In this document: positions 18,734 through 29,312 of the stretch, piece by piece | How the letters are laid out: every line of letters starts with the position of its first letter | How positions within the stretch are numbered: the first letter of the stretch is position 1 | NCBI GenBank assembly: GCA_039024555.1 | Contig: JBCCQQ010000004.1 | Location: 32,001-96,000, forward strand | Direction: 5' to 3' | DNA: 64,000 nt | DNA from: Cyanobacteria bacterium P01_D01_bin.156 | GTDB lineage: Bacteria; Cyanobacteriota; Cyanobacteriia; Phormidesmidales; Phormidesmidaceae | Notes under the pieces: generated by a model | Databases searched by the model: none | Told to the model about the DNA's origin: nothing | Seen by the model: only the letters and a program-made list of their open reading frames with translations | Position numbers and translations under genes: made by a program

Positions 18734-20329
18734 ATGACTGTAACTTCACCTGATTCACCTCTTGTAGTAGAGGCTAGTCCGCCACCTATTGCCCAGTCGG
18801 GGCCAACAGCGTGGCTACGTAAGCATCTGTTTAATACTTGGTACAACTCTCTGCTAACAGTCATCTTAGGCGGCTTGATGCTGTTGGTATTGTGGGGAAT
18901 GTTTAACTGGGCCTTTCAAGTTGCCCAGTGGGCGGTGGTTCCTAATAACCTAGCCCTGTTTATGTCCGGTCTCTATCCCTCAGAAATCTATTCACGGATT
19001 TGGGCCATTCTGGGTGTCAACGTGGCCATGGGTGGAGTGACCTGGGGCATGTTAGCGCGCAATCAGGGCAAACTCTTTAGCCGTAATATCCTGATTGCGG
19101 TTGCCGTTATCTGTGCCGGGTTTATTATCTTGCCATTAACCCGCCCTTCATCTGTTACCTTGATTGGCTTGGTGGCCCTAGCTTTAGCTTGTGCTTGGGT
19201 CGGTAAAACCATCGGCCAACGTAAGCTGAATCTGAGTCAGTTTCTCTCGGCAGCCTGGTTTTTGGTTTACTCCATTTCCTTATTAATGCTGGCCGGTGGA
19301 GACATTCGCAACAGCCTAATCTTTTTAGTTGCAACTGTTGTCATAAGCATTTGGCTAGCGTCTACGGTGCTAAAGCTATTGGCCAACTCCTCTGTAATTG
19401 ATGCCATTAGTGAAAACATCGCTGGAATTTGGGCGATGCGGGTGCTCTGGTTTATCGGTAGCTTGGTTTTGTTCTTGCCCGTGTTTGGTTTTTTGAACAT
19501 TCCCCTACCCCTAAAGATTATTACCTTTGCCACCTACATTGCTTTTGTATCCCTGCTAGTGCCCATTTTGGCTGAGCGTAGGACCTTAACTACTTTTGTT
19601 GTAGGTGCTTCAGTCTTTGGTCTAGGTTGTTTTCTTTTATCTGCTATACCCGGTGCTTTCGGTGGTTTCTTTGGTCTCAAGCCGATCGGTACCAACAACT
19701 GGGGCGGTCTTACTCTGACCCTGTTTCTGGCCATCACAGGGATTACCCTTTGTTTCCCCATCGGTGTCTTGATGGCCTTGGGTCGACGTAGCAACTTGCC
19801 CATCATCAAAGGCCTATCCATTGCCTACATTGAGCTGATTCGTGGTGTACCGCTAATCTCAATTTTGTTTATGGGTCAGGTCATGATTCCGTTGTTCTTA
19901 CCCGAAGGTGTGCGACCTGACAATATTGTTCGTGCCATTGTAGGTCTTACATTATTCAGTTCAGCTTACTTGGCAGAGAACGTGCGGGCAGGTTTACAAG
20001 CTATTCCACGCGGGCAGGTTGAAGCAGCGGCATCACTGGGGCTAAATAGTCCGCTAACGCTGTCTTTAATTGTGCTGCCTCAGGCACTAAAGGTTGCTAT
20101 CCCAGCGATTGTGGGTCAGTTTATTAGTCTTTTCCAGGACACCACCTTATTGGGAATTGTAGGTCTGGTGGAATTGTTGGGTATCAGTAACAGTATTTTG
20201 GCGAACCCCAAATACCTGGGAGATTACGCTGAGGTGTATCTGTTTATTGCAATGCTTTACTGGTTCTTCTGTTATGCCATGTCCTTAGGCAGTCGCCGGA
20301 TTGAGCGTGCTCTGCATACTGGACGTTAG
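18734..20329 (+). CDS. natH: Amino-acid ABC transporter permease (NatH/AapM family)
   Basis: WGGLTLT, IELIRGVPLI and AYLAENVRAGLQAIPRGQVEAA. Confidence 0.85.
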   Translation: MTVTSPDSPLVVEASPPPIAQSGPTAWLRKHLFNTWYNSLLTVILGGLMLLVLWGMFNWAFQVAQWAVVPNNLALFMSGLYPSEIYSRIWAILGVNVAMGGVTWGMLARNQGKLFSRNILIAVAVICAGFIILPLTRPSSVTLIGLVALALACAWVGKTIGQRKLNLSQFLSAAWFLVYSISLLMLAGGDIRNSLIFLVATVVISIWLASTVLKLLANSSVIDAISENIAGIWAMRVLWFIGSLVLFLPVFGFLNIPLPLKIITFATYIAFVSLLVPILAERRTLTTFVVGASVFGLGCFLLSAIPGAFGGFFGLKPIGTNNWGGLTLTLFLAITGITLCFPIGVLMALGRRSNLPIIKGLSIAYIELIRGVPLISILFMGQVMIPLFLPEGVRPDNIVRAIVGLTLFSSAYLAENVRAGLQAIPRGQVEAAASLGLNSPLTLSLIVLPQALKVAIPAIVGQFISLFQDTTLLGIVGLVELLGISNSILANPKYLGDYAEVYLFIAMLYWFFCYAMSLGSRRIERALHTGR

Positions 20330-20369
20330 CCCCCTCCGCCTACGGCACCTCCCCCTTCTTAGGGGAGGA
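20330..20369 (+). repeat. REP-like double-hairpin element immediately after the natH stop
   Basis: CCCCCTCC-GCCtacGGC-A-CCTCCCC-cttctta-GGGGAGG-A. Confidence 0.55.
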
Positions 20370-20517
20370 CGTCTTGCAAAATGCTTCAAGTTTAATAATT
20401 GATTTACCTTCCAGTCCTTTCGATCGATGTTAAATCCCGTGTCGCATCTAACAGTGACACGGGTTGTAGATGCCAAAATAGTCATGGGGTGCTGCCCCAC
20501 CATTAGGAACCTGAACA

Positions 20518-21303
20518 ATGACTCAAGTGGATATGTCTGTGGCTAATCAGTCCAACGGTAGTACTGGTGATGAGGCGGTAATTGTCGCTACTGATGTGGA
20601 AAAGTGGTATGACAATGGCTTTAATGTGCTCAAAGGTGTCAGCCTGAATGTATACAAGGGTGAAGTGGTCGTGGTTATGGGACCTTCGGGTTCTGGTAAG
20701 TCTACGTTTATCCGTACGTTTAATGCGCTAGAGCCTTATCAGAAGGGCAGCATTGTCATTGATGGGATTGAGATTTCCCACGACCTTAAGAATATTGAGG
20801 AGATTCGTCGAGAAGTGGGCATGGTGTTCCAGCAGTTTAATTTGTTTCCTCACCTGTCGGTATTGCAGAATGTTACCCTAGCTCCGATTTGGGTACGGAA
20901 GCAAAAGAAGCGGGAAGCGGAAGAGATTGCCATGCAGCTTTTGGAGCGTGTGGGCATTGCAGAGCAGGCGCATAAGTTTCCGGGGCAAATGTCCGGTGGT
21001 CAGCAGCAGCGTGTTGCGATCGCACGTTCTTTGGCGATGCAGCCTAAGATTATGCTGTTTGATGAGCCGACATCTGCATTAGACCCTGAGATGGTGCGAG
21101 AAGTGCTGGATGTAATGCGGGGTCTGGCAAGTACGGGTATGACGATGGTGTGTGTAACTCACGAGGTTGGGTTTGCCCGTGAGGTAGCTGACCGAGTGGT
21201 ACTCATGGATGGTGGTGTTCTGGTGGAAGAAAATACACCGGATGACTTCTTTAACAATCCTCAAGAAGAGCGTTCTCAGAAGTTCTTGTCGCAGATTTTG
21301 TAA
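20518..21303 (+). CDS. bgtA: Amino-acid ABC transporter ATP-binding protein (BgtA/AapP/GlnQ family)
   Basis: [34 protein letters not shown] and VTHE. Confidence 0.85.
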   Translation: MTQVDMSVANQSNGSTGDEAVIVATDVEKWYDNGFNVLKGVSLNVYKGEVVVVMGPSGSGKSTFIRTFNALEPYQKGSIVIDGIEISHDLKNIEEIRREVGMVFQQFNLFPHLSVLQNVTLAPIWVRKQKKREAEEIAMQLLERVGIAEQAHKFPGQMSGGQQQRVAIARSLAMQPKIMLFDEPTSALDPEMVREVLDVMRGLASTGMTMVCVTHEVGFAREVADRVVLMDGGVLVEENTPDDFFNNPQEERSQKFLSQIL

Positions 21304-21731
21304 GGTTTTGTGAGCAAAGCTTAGCGCATAATTTCTTGAAGACGGGTTAACTGGATAATCCGTCTCTATGTTTCTTATAGGCCGACTTAAGAAGTTGTCA
21401 AATCTCATCGCTTTCAACTTTAAAGCCATGGCTAGCGAGACAGCCATGGCACAGCTTTCTGAACACACTTATCTTCCTGCCTAAAGGCGTGCAATAAGCT
21501 TTGCAGTAATTGCGTATGCTTAGTCAGCGTTGAGCTAATCGTTGAGCCTAAATCTGGAAAAATCAGCTCTCTACTATAGCGTTTATCTAAGTGAATTGCT
21601 GTTTCGGAAAAAACATATTTTCGTGCCTAACTGTGCGTAAATACATGTACTACAAAAGATGGGTGCTAGCAAAAGGCTAGTACTTATCTACAGTTCTTGC
21701 CAAGTAGCTGTTTTTCCATGGCAATGCTTTT

Positions 21732-22192
21732 ATGAATATTGGTAGGATTAAGGCCCTAATGCTGAGCTTAGGGACATTGATTGTGAATGGTGTTTGTATT
21801 GCCCCTAATGCCTTAGCACAATCAGAGACTTTGTTTGAGAGGGGCGAAGCTTTAGGTCAGAATAATTCGACTTTAATTCCTGGTGTTTATTACAGACGCT
21901 CGTATATCAGCATTCATCAGTATGGAGACCGCATTTGCTACACGGGTGGCAATATAAGAAGCAGCACAGTAGCTTCTGTTGAGGCAGATCCCGAGCAGTC
22001 GGGTGTTATATGATCAATGGATTTGATATAGAGGCAAAGCTTTTTCAAGTTGACGCGAATACGCTTTTCTTTGGTGGAGCAGAGTATGAAAGGATTCAAG
22101 ATGTCGGCTCCTTTGAGGATGTTAGATCTGATGTACAGACTTGTTTGAGTTCACAAGAGCCCTTTTTTAATCAAGAGTTTTTTGATAACTAA
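21732..22192 (+). pseudogene. Secreted hypothetical protein, apparently split by a 1-nt frameshift (ORFs 21732-22013 and 22010-22192)
   Basis: Signal peptide (...PNALA-Q). Adding one T at GGTGTT^ATATGATC gives G-V-Y-M-I-N-G and one continuous ORF of about 153 aa. Confidence 0.55.
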
Positions 22193-22217
22193 GTGGTCCT
22201 AACTGATTATCTGAGCT

Positions 22218-22730
22218 ATGAAAAAGTCTGCTAGTGTTTCTATTTTTCTGTCTTCTATCTCTGCCTTACTGACAGGTGCGTTGTTTACACCAGCTTTCAG
22301 TAGTGCCATCTATATAAGCGAGCAAGCAACTTCTGGAATTAAACAGTCAACTGGTATTCAGCAGCAATGTAGCACGACCTTGCGTACAGCTGTTAGACGC
22401 ATTGAAGAGGTTAAAAATGTCAGTGTAGTTGGCGTGTATGACCAGGATATCTCCACGATGTATGTTGACTCTCCGGCTAATGCACCCGTCAGTGTCACCA
22501 TCAGTATGACAGGTAGCAGAGCTCCAAACATAATGGCGTCTCCTCAGCTGTTGACTTCTATCGCCACTCAAATCATTACTGAGTGTCAGCCTGTTAGCTT
22601 GGTGATTATCGGAGAAAATCGATCAGATAACTATGGTGTTTTTGGTTTGATGGATGGAGAGGTTGTTGTGTTCCGTGAATGTGGAAGCGACATGGGACCA
22701 TTGAACTGGGGCGAGGTTGGCTGTCTTTAA
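22218..22730 (+). CDS. Secreted hypothetical protein with 4 Cys
   Basis: N-terminal signal (MKKS...TPAFS); co-oriented and closely spaced within the cassette. Confidence 0.75.
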   Translation: MKKSASVSIFLSSISALLTGALFTPAFSSAIYISEQATSGIKQSTGIQQQCSTTLRTAVRRIEEVKNVSVVGVYDQDISTMYVDSPANAPVSVTISMTGSRAPNIMASPQLLTSIATQIITECQPVSLVIIGENRSDNYGVFGLMDGEVVVFRECGSDMGPLNWGEVGCL

Positions 22731-22751
22731 TTCGAAGAAATTGGCTTGTGA

Positions 22752-24752
22752 GTGATGTTAAATCGGCTTAGATTTCTAGCAATTTTTTTGAGTACTTGTC
22801 TGGCAGTGGTAATGCTTCCACTGTTTAGGCGGGTGTTTTCCTTGATATTGTGTGGACTACTGTTTGCAAATTCGTCGCTTTGCTATGACTTACTGGGTAA
22901 TGACATTACTAAAGCCGCTTTTTCTGGCTTAGAAGAGGCTGATGTATCGGAAATTACAGAAATTACACCAGATAACGGACAAGAAATTGCCATACCCCCC
23001 ATCATTAGACCGCCTTCAGCAGAACTGCCAAGCTTTATTCCAGATGATTTTGTAGTTTCTCGACAAACTCCTTATGATTCTGGGCGTAATGAAATTGTAG
23101 TCACATCTCCTTCTACGGATACGACACAGCGCTTTTGGGTAAGCTTGCCTGGAGAAGAATTTCAACTGTATGAGGTGGAGCTTACTGATGTATCAGTAAA
23201 TAACGCTGAACAAATAGTTTCGTCGGTTGATGCACAGACAACTTCAGCTGAGGTTGCACAGCGACTGCAAAGCTTCAAAGCCAACTTTGAGAATAGTGTG
23301 CTTTCAGAAATTACTTTGGCAGATGGTACTAAAGCTGAGTTTTCTGAAACTCAAGTCACCATTAGGCAGCCTGATGGTCGAGCAGTAGAAACGATCATAA
23401 AAAGCCAGAGTGATCGAAACACTGATACGGAAATAGCTCACAAGAACCAGCAGAAATTTAATAAATTGATCGCGCAGGCAAACTCTTCTTGTGAGAGTAA
23501 CACTGCGAAAGAAATTGTTAAGGAAGCTACCGATATCGAACAATGGTCAACTGCTATTGCAGCTGAATGGTCATCTGATCTTTCATGGCAAGATGCGCTA
23601 GCTACAAGGCTAATTTACCAAGCATCTGCTGCACTTGCACATACACTTAAGGAAGCAACTTCCGGTAGCGTCGCTCTACAGAAAGTTACTTGTAAAGAAC
23701 CTGTACAGTGTGGCTTCAGGAGAGATACACGAGCTGAAGGCATCAGTGGTAGCCAGATCATTACTGATTTGTTTCGAGTACCGTCCGGTGCGGAAGGGGA
23801 TTTCAAGCTTGAATACGAATTTTTTCAGGTGCCTGATCGACTCGAAATTTCATACAATGGAGAAATTAAGCACGATTTTGGCCCAACTGGAGGGTCAGGA
23901 GAGCAATCGTTTTCTCTTTCGCAAGTAACTCAAGGATTTGTGGGCATACGTGTAATTGGAAATCCTGACCAAAGTACCGAATGGTGGTACGAAATTGCAT
24001 GTTCATGCCCAACTGAGCTTGACTCTACAGACGATCCAGTTGCAAATACTCAGTCAGACTGGGCACGTATTCTGAACATAACTAACCAGTACTATCAAAA
24101 CAATTCAAGCAATTCTGCTGTTTCTGCTTTCGCATATCAAATGAGAACTTTAGCAAATGGTTCGCATAACAAGAGAAAAGAAGTAGGAGGATGGGCAGGG
24201 GATTTCACCAGAAATACATTGTTAGAAGCAGTGAATGATATTGATGCTAATGAGGTTTTTTGGCAGAATCCTCCCGAAACTGGCATTAGCTTTTGGGAGT
24301 CCCAGTTTGGCTATTATTGCGATAATGCTCCTGACATTGACATAACAGACCCAAACAACAACAGTCTAAGTGAACATGACTGTGGTTTTGCAAGATCTGG
24401 AGAGCATCACTTTGATAGGCATTTAGTTCCCGCGTTCAAGAAGCACGTAAGCTCTACTTTGTTACCTATCGTGGAAAATAATTGTTTAGAAGATAAAGTA
24501 TCTGAAATACTGAGCGCTCTAAATGAACTTGAGTCAGAACATTCTCTACTCCTGAATTCTGTTCTTGTTCCTGGTTTAGATACTATTCCAGGAGTTTCAC
24601 TAGCTTTAAGATACTTTGCCGCATCAGGTATTCCTGAGAGAGCAATAGACCTTAGGGAAAATACTATTCAAGAAGTTTTGAAAGATTTTTTGTCTCAGGG
24701 AAAGATATCCCAAAAAGATTTCTCAGAGCTAGAATCAACGCTCGATTTCTAG
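22752..24752 (+). CDS. Large exported multidomain hypothetical protein (666 aa)
   Basis: Hydrophobic N-terminus, a beta-rich middle module (KLEYEFFQVPDRLEISYNG) and a helical C-terminal domain with clustered His (EHDC...EHHFDRH). Confidence 0.8.
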   Translation: MMLNRLRFLAIFLSTCLAVVMLPLFRRVFSLILCGLLFANSSLCYDLLGNDITKAAFSGLEEADVSEITEITPDNGQEIAIPPIIRPPSAELPSFIPDDFVVSRQTPYDSGRNEIVVTSPSTDTTQRFWVSLPGEEFQLYEVELTDVSVNNAEQIVSSVDAQTTSAEVAQRLQSFKANFENSVLSEITLADGTKAEFSETQVTIRQPDGRAVETIIKSQSDRNTDTEIAHKNQQKFNKLIAQANSSCESNTAKEIVKEATDIEQWSTAIAAEWSSDLSWQDALATRLIYQASAALAHTLKEATSGSVALQKVTCKEPVQCGFRRDTRAEGISGSQIITDLFRVPSGAEGDFKLEYEFFQVPDRLEISYNGEIKHDFGPTGGSGEQSFSLSQVTQGFVGIRVIGNPDQSTEWWYEIACSCPTELDSTDDPVANTQSDWARILNITNQYYQNNSSNSAVSAFAYQMRTLANGSHNKRKEVGGWAGDFTRNTLLEAVNDIDANEVFWQNPPETGISFWESQFGYYCDNAPDIDITDPNNNSLSEHDCGFARSGEHHFDRHLVPAFKKHVSSTLLPIVENNCLEDKVSEILSALNELESEHSLLLNSVLVPGLDTIPGVSLALRYFAASGIPERAIDLRENTIQEVLKDFLSQGKISQKDFSELESTLDF

Positions 24753-24821
24753 CTCTATTTTCTGCAAGGTAACTTTAGGAAAGCTCCATATCATTTGGTT
24801 AACTCTAACTCAAATAAAACA

Positions 24822-26246
24822 ATGAATATCATTAGAAAGTTTTCTGTAGTAGCTTTTCTGGCGTTCGTAGTCACAATAATCCTGCAAGGTGTATTGCATA
24901 ACAGTTATCTTTTGGCACAGTCAGACTGTGCCAGTAAGGTGATTCAAGCAGACCGACTTTATGCAGAGGGAGACCGCACTGCTGCCGAGCAACTCTACCG
25001 CCAATGCAAGCAACCTTTCGCCTCACAAGACCTCGCAACCTACTTTCCTGAACCCATCACCGATCCAACTCAACTTCGCCCCGGTGCTCAGGTCTACTGG
25101 AGAGAAGCCCAACAAGGTCTAGAACGCGGTCAAGAAAGTCGAACGATGACAGCATTAAACCTGCTGACTGAGCAAGCACCTGATTTTGTACCGGCCTACC
25201 CTTTACTTGCCCAAGCACTCACCGAGTATGACCGTGCTGAAGAAGCACAAGCCGTTCTAGAGCAAGCCGCCACACTGTTTCCCTACGATGCCGACATTGC
25301 CAGAGCTAGAACGGAAGCTCTCAGCGAAGCGGGCTATCCAATGGAAGCCTCCATGGCCGCAAGGCTGTTCTCAATGGTTAATCCTAGTCATCCTGAGAAA
25401 GATGAGTTTGTCGCCATGGCGGATGAAAACTTGGATGACTTCAAGAAAGATATCAGACGAGAATATATGACAACAGGCATTTTAGGTGCTGTGGGTAATT
25501 TGGTGTTTGGTGGTGGTGATCTTCTTTCCAATGCTCTAGACTCTGCTAGTTTTGCCGCTATGCTCTTCGAAGGTGAAGAAGAAACAGGCAATCGGTTGGC
25601 CGCTGCCACAGTCGAAGACGCTCAAGCCAATAACGTTCTCGTCGAAGATCCGGTAGTGCTTGAATATGTCAGTACGATGGGACAAGACATTGCCGACCAA
25701 ATGGGTCGTGATGAGTTTGACTATGAGTTCCACGTCATCGCTGATGACAGCATCAACGCCTTTGCATTACCTGGTGGCAAAGTGTTTATAAATACAGGAG
25801 CCATCCTTGCTGCGAACTCTGAAGCAGAATTAGCAGGACTCGTAGCTCATGAAGTTGCTCATGCCGTTCTGTCCCATGGCTACCAGCGTTTAGCTACCAA
25901 CGGTTTACTTAGCGTTGCACAACAAGCGCTTCCTTTAGGGAATTTAGTCGGCTTGGCTTCCCTTGACTTTAGCCGCGACAACGAAAAGCAAGCTGATATT
26001 TTAGGTACTCGTGCTATCGCTGGTTTTGGTTATGCAGCTGACGGTTTGCGAAACCTGTTTGCGACTCTCAACGAGCGCAGCAGTTCTAGCCAACCTGAAT
26101 ATTTATCCACACATCCAGCACCGCCCAGCCGAGTTAGCTACCTTGAAGCGCTGATTCAACAGAATAGCTACAACCGCTATGCCTACGAGGGAGTTGAAGC
26201 ACATGCTCGTATTCAGAAAAGAATTCAAGAGCTTTCTGTTCAATAG
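24822..26246 (+). CDS. TPR-containing M48 family zinc metalloprotease (exported)
   Basis: Signal peptide and TPR helices; INAFALPGG, AHEVAH (HExxH), SRDNEKQAD and YLSTHP. Confidence 0.92.
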   Translation: MNIIRKFSVVAFLAFVVTIILQGVLHNSYLLAQSDCASKVIQADRLYAEGDRTAAEQLYRQCKQPFASQDLATYFPEPITDPTQLRPGAQVYWREAQQGLERGQESRTMTALNLLTEQAPDFVPAYPLLAQALTEYDRAEEAQAVLEQAATLFPYDADIARARTEALSEAGYPMEASMAARLFSMVNPSHPEKDEFVAMADENLDDFKKDIRREYMTTGILGAVGNLVFGGGDLLSNALDSASFAAMLFEGEEETGNRLAAATVEDAQANNVLVEDPVVLEYVSTMGQDIADQMGRDEFDYEFHVIADDSINAFALPGGKVFINTGAILAANSEAELAGLVAHEVAHAVLSHGYQRLATNGLLSVAQQALPLGNLVGLASLDFSRDNEKQADILGTRAIAGFGYAADGLRNLFATLNERSSSSQPEYLSTHPAPPSRVSYLEALIQQNSYNRYAYEGVEAHARIQKRIQELSVQ

Positions 26247-26281
26247 CCTTATTTGATCTTGTCCTTTATTAAAAAAACAGC

Positions 26282-26719
26282 ATGAGTTACAGAAGACTAC
26301 TTACGAAGTCAAAGCTTCTTCTATTGCTAGCCTGTTGTTTGCTAGTTCCTTCTCTGAATAAAACTCAAGCTCAGACAAGTGATAGCTTCTTATGCTCAGA
26401 GAGAAACCTTATTACGCTTCTTGGTTTTACTACTGAAGAGTTCCATATTGCAATTTGCAAAAACTTCAATACTGACTATTACTATGTTGGGCAAAGTAGG
26501 CAAGATAGCAGCCAAGAAATTGTTTTACCAGTATCAGAAAGAAACAATCCTTTCATAGATGATCCCTGGATATTGAAAGCCCGTGACGGACAATATACTT
26601 ATCAAGTGGCCGAGTTTAATCCGTTTCAGGTGAATGGTTACGTTTCAATCTCTGTTTTCAAGAATGGAGAAAGAATCTACCATCGCATAACAGATTCATA
26701 CGTTAGATCTGATGAATAA
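26282..26719 (+). CDS. Secreted hypothetical protein (beta-rich)
   Basis: Signal peptide (...KTQA-Q), 145 aa, last gene of the cassette. Confidence 0.75.
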   Translation: MSYRRLLTKSKLLLLLACCLLVPSLNKTQAQTSDSFLCSERNLITLLGFTTEEFHIAICKNFNTDYYYVGQSRQDSSQEIVLPVSERNNPFIDDPWILKARDGQYTYQVAEFNPFQVNGYVSISVFKNGERIYHRITDSYVRSDE

Positions 26720-26732
26720 GGGATTAATTTAG

Positions 26733-26763
26733 CGCTTCTAAGGCTTAACAAACCTTAGAAGCG
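26733..26763. terminator. Hairpin between convergent genes (putative terminator)
   Basis: CGCTTCTAAGG / CCTTAGAAGCG, an 11-bp perfect stem. Confidence 0.6.
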
Positions 26764-26778
26764 GCAACAGCGACTTTT

Positions 26779-29013
26779 CTAAACTGTTACTTCAGCCCGC
26801 ACTACCAACTTCTGAACCGCCTCAAACCTAGATTTTACCGTAGCCTCATCAGCCGACTGCGGTGCTGCAATCGGTGTCACCTGCACAGCACATGCCTTCA
26901 ACTCCGGCTCCAACGAAATCGGACACACTTCAGGGTGCGTCAACGCATTTACCTCCATGTTGTCGCCCCACAGAAACCCCCAATGCATCGGCATAAACAC
27001 CGTGCCGCGAGTAATATTCTGGGTAACCAACACCTTCAACTGAGCAAAACTTCGGGGTGACTTAACCTCTACCCAATCCCCCGACTGCAACTCCAACAGC
27101 TGTGCATCCCGAGGATTCACCTCTAGCAACGGCTCTGGATACTTTTTCGTGATTCTCTCAATTCGTCCCGTACGACTTTGCGTATGCCAGTGACCGTACA
27201 ACCGACCTGTTGTTAACACAAAGGGATAATCCTCATCCGGTGGTTCCGCTAAGCCCTTAATATGAAACGAACAGAACTTAGCGCGACCGTTGGGTGTAGC
27301 GAACTTATAATTCGTATATAGCCGCTTATCATGCTTGCCATAGGCAATAATGTCCGACTCTCCCGCTGGACAAGGCCACTGAATCGGCCCTTTTGCCAAC
27401 CGTTCATGGCTTAGCCCTGTAGCATCACATAGACGACCCGCTGTCAGAGAAATAAACTCGTCATAGACTTCGGCAGAAGTTTGCTGAGCAAACTGTTTTT
27501 CAAAGCCTAATCGACGACCCACTTCTGCAAAGATCTCCCAATCTGCTTTTGCCTCACCCACCGGATTACGAAATGCAGGACAGTAGGTAACAACCCGCTC
27601 AGAGTTGGTCATGGCCCCTGTTTTTTCACCCCACTGGGAAGCGGGCAACACTAAATGGGCAAAGGCGGCTGTCTCCGTCGGATAATAAGCATCCTGACAA
27701 ATGGTAAAGGGCGATTTGCGCAGCGCTGCCTGAGTCCGTTTAATGTCTGGCATGCTCACGGCAGGATTGGTCGCAGCTACCCAGAACACTCCCAGGTCTT
27801 CCTGCTCTAGGGCCAGCATCATATCCCACGCGGCTAAACCGGGTACTGGAGAAATACTTCCTTCTGGCACCTGCCATACTTTTTCTACTGTCTGACGATG
27901 CTCTGGATTTTTGACCAGTCTGTAACCAGGCAAAATATGGGCCAGCCCTCCAGCCTCACGTCCCCCCATAGCATTGGGTTGCCCGGTTAAGGAAAATGGT
28001 CCGGCACCAGGTTTACCAATGTTACCGGTCATCAAGTGGAGATTAATAATGGTGCGGCACTTAGCAGTTCCTTCTGAAGATTGGTTGATCCCCATGGACC
28101 ACATGGAAAGAACTCGTTCGGATTTACCCCACCACTCAGCGGCTTTCGCTAGCTCACTAAGGGTAATCCCACAAATCTCGGTTACCCGTTCAGGAGGATA
28201 GCTCTTTACGACCTGGGCATAGTCACTAAACCCATCCGTACAGGAATCAATAAAGCCGAGATCAATCCAGCCATGCTTTAACAACAGATATGCAATGCCA
28301 TTTAGCAGGGCAATATCAGTTCCAGGTTTAATGGCAAGGTGAAGATCGGCGACTTTGGCGGTATCCGTGTGGCGGGGGTCCACCACAATCATCTTCACCT
28401 TCCGGTTCTTTTTGTGGTGTTTTCTAAGGCGATTAAAAACAATCGGATGACAGTCGGCTGTGTTAGTTCCAATTAAGAATGCACAGTCGGTTTGTTCTAG
28501 GTCGTCATAACAGCTAGGAGGACCGTCCGAACCAAAGCTTTGGATATAGCCTGCCACTGCTGAAGACATACAAAGACGAGAGTTAGCATCAAAGTTATTG
28601 GTGCCTAAACATCCCTTCAACAATTTTTGAGCGGTGTAGTAATCTTCTGTTTGAAACTGCCCAGAGCCATACATGGCGATACCTTCTGGGCCTTTTTCAT
28701 CCAGTGTTTTTTGAATCTCGTAGATAATTCGTTCTAAAGCCTGCTCCCAGGAAACTCGCTGAAATGGCTGGTCGAGAGATTCTCTCATCATGGGATACAG
28801 TAATCGGCTTTTGTCGAGAGAGTCGCCGATGGTGCCACCCTTAATGCAGACCTGACCTTTACTGGATGGATGGCTGCGATCGCCCCGAGCCTGCCACACT
28901 GGGTTGCCCTGCTCATCACGGTTAACCGGGCGACCGGGGCGGGCTGGAGGCAGTACCTCTAAGCCACATCCAACACCACAGTAAGGGCACAGTGTTTTTG
29001 CTGTATCGGTCAT
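26779..29013 (-). CDS. narB: Ferredoxin-dependent assimilatory nitrate reductase
   Basis: [11 protein letters not shown] [4Fe-4S] motif, [22 protein letters not shown] and the molybdopterin domain LTTGR...HWHT. Confidence 0.96.
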   Translation of the reverse strand: MTDTAKTLCPYCGVGCGLEVLPPARPGRPVNRDEQGNPVWQARGDRSHPSSKGQVCIKGGTIGDSLDKSRLLYPMMRESLDQPFQRVSWEQALERIIYEIQKTLDEKGPEGIAMYGSGQFQTEDYYTAQKLLKGCLGTNNFDANSRLCMSSAVAGYIQSFGSDGPPSCYDDLEQTDCAFLIGTNTADCHPIVFNRLRKHHKKNRKVKMIVVDPRHTDTAKVADLHLAIKPGTDIALLNGIAYLLLKHGWIDLGFIDSCTDGFSDYAQVVKSYPPERVTEICGITLSELAKAAEWWGKSERVLSMWSMGINQSSEGTAKCRTIINLHLMTGNIGKPGAGPFSLTGQPNAMGGREAGGLAHILPGYRLVKNPEHRQTVEKVWQVPEGSISPVPGLAAWDMMLALEQEDLGVFWVAATNPAVSMPDIKRTQAALRKSPFTICQDAYYPTETAAFAHLVLPASQWGEKTGAMTNSERVVTYCPAFRNPVGEAKADWEIFAEVGRRLGFEKQFAQQTSAEVYDEFISLTAGRLCDATGLSHERLAKGPIQWPCPAGESDIIAYGKHDKRLYTNYKFATPNGRAKFCSFHIKGLAEPPDEDYPFVLTTGRLYGHWHTQSRTGRIERITKKYPEPLLEVNPRDAQLLELQSGDWVEVKSPRSFAQLKVLVTQNITRGTVFMPMHWGFLWGDNMEVNALTHPEVCPISLEPELKACAVQVTPIAAPQSADEATVKSRFEAVQKLVVRAEVTV

Positions 29014-29240
29014 AGATCGCATCCTCTATTCACCAAAAATCTGTTTCTATATAAATTCAAAAAACAAGGCGTATCACCTAATTAATTTTCAAACTTTAAG
29101 CACTTTGCCTTAGCCATGAATATCTACACAATAAAGTGGCTAAGGCAGAGCCTACCTTGATTAGAGCTCATAGTACAAAGACTATCCATACAATGCCTCA
29201 ATACCAACGGTAAATTTTATAAATTATCCCCCTTATACAG

Positions 29241-29265
29241 AAAAGGGGAGCGTTAACCGCCCCCC
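29241..29265 (-). terminator. Terminator-like hairpin between nrtP and narB
   Basis: The minus strand reads GGGGGGCG-GTTAA-CGCTCCCC-TTTT; the G-U pair is valid only on this strand. Confidence 0.65.
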
Positions 29266-29312
29266 ATCTGTTGAGTTGACATAAGTGCGATCGCTAAGCG
29301 ACCCAACAGTGT

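Noticed and set aside
21320..26736. TTAGCGC on both sides of the secreted cassette as a target-site duplication
   Set aside because: Only 7 bp, expected by chance; no integrase, transposase or tRNA is adjacent.
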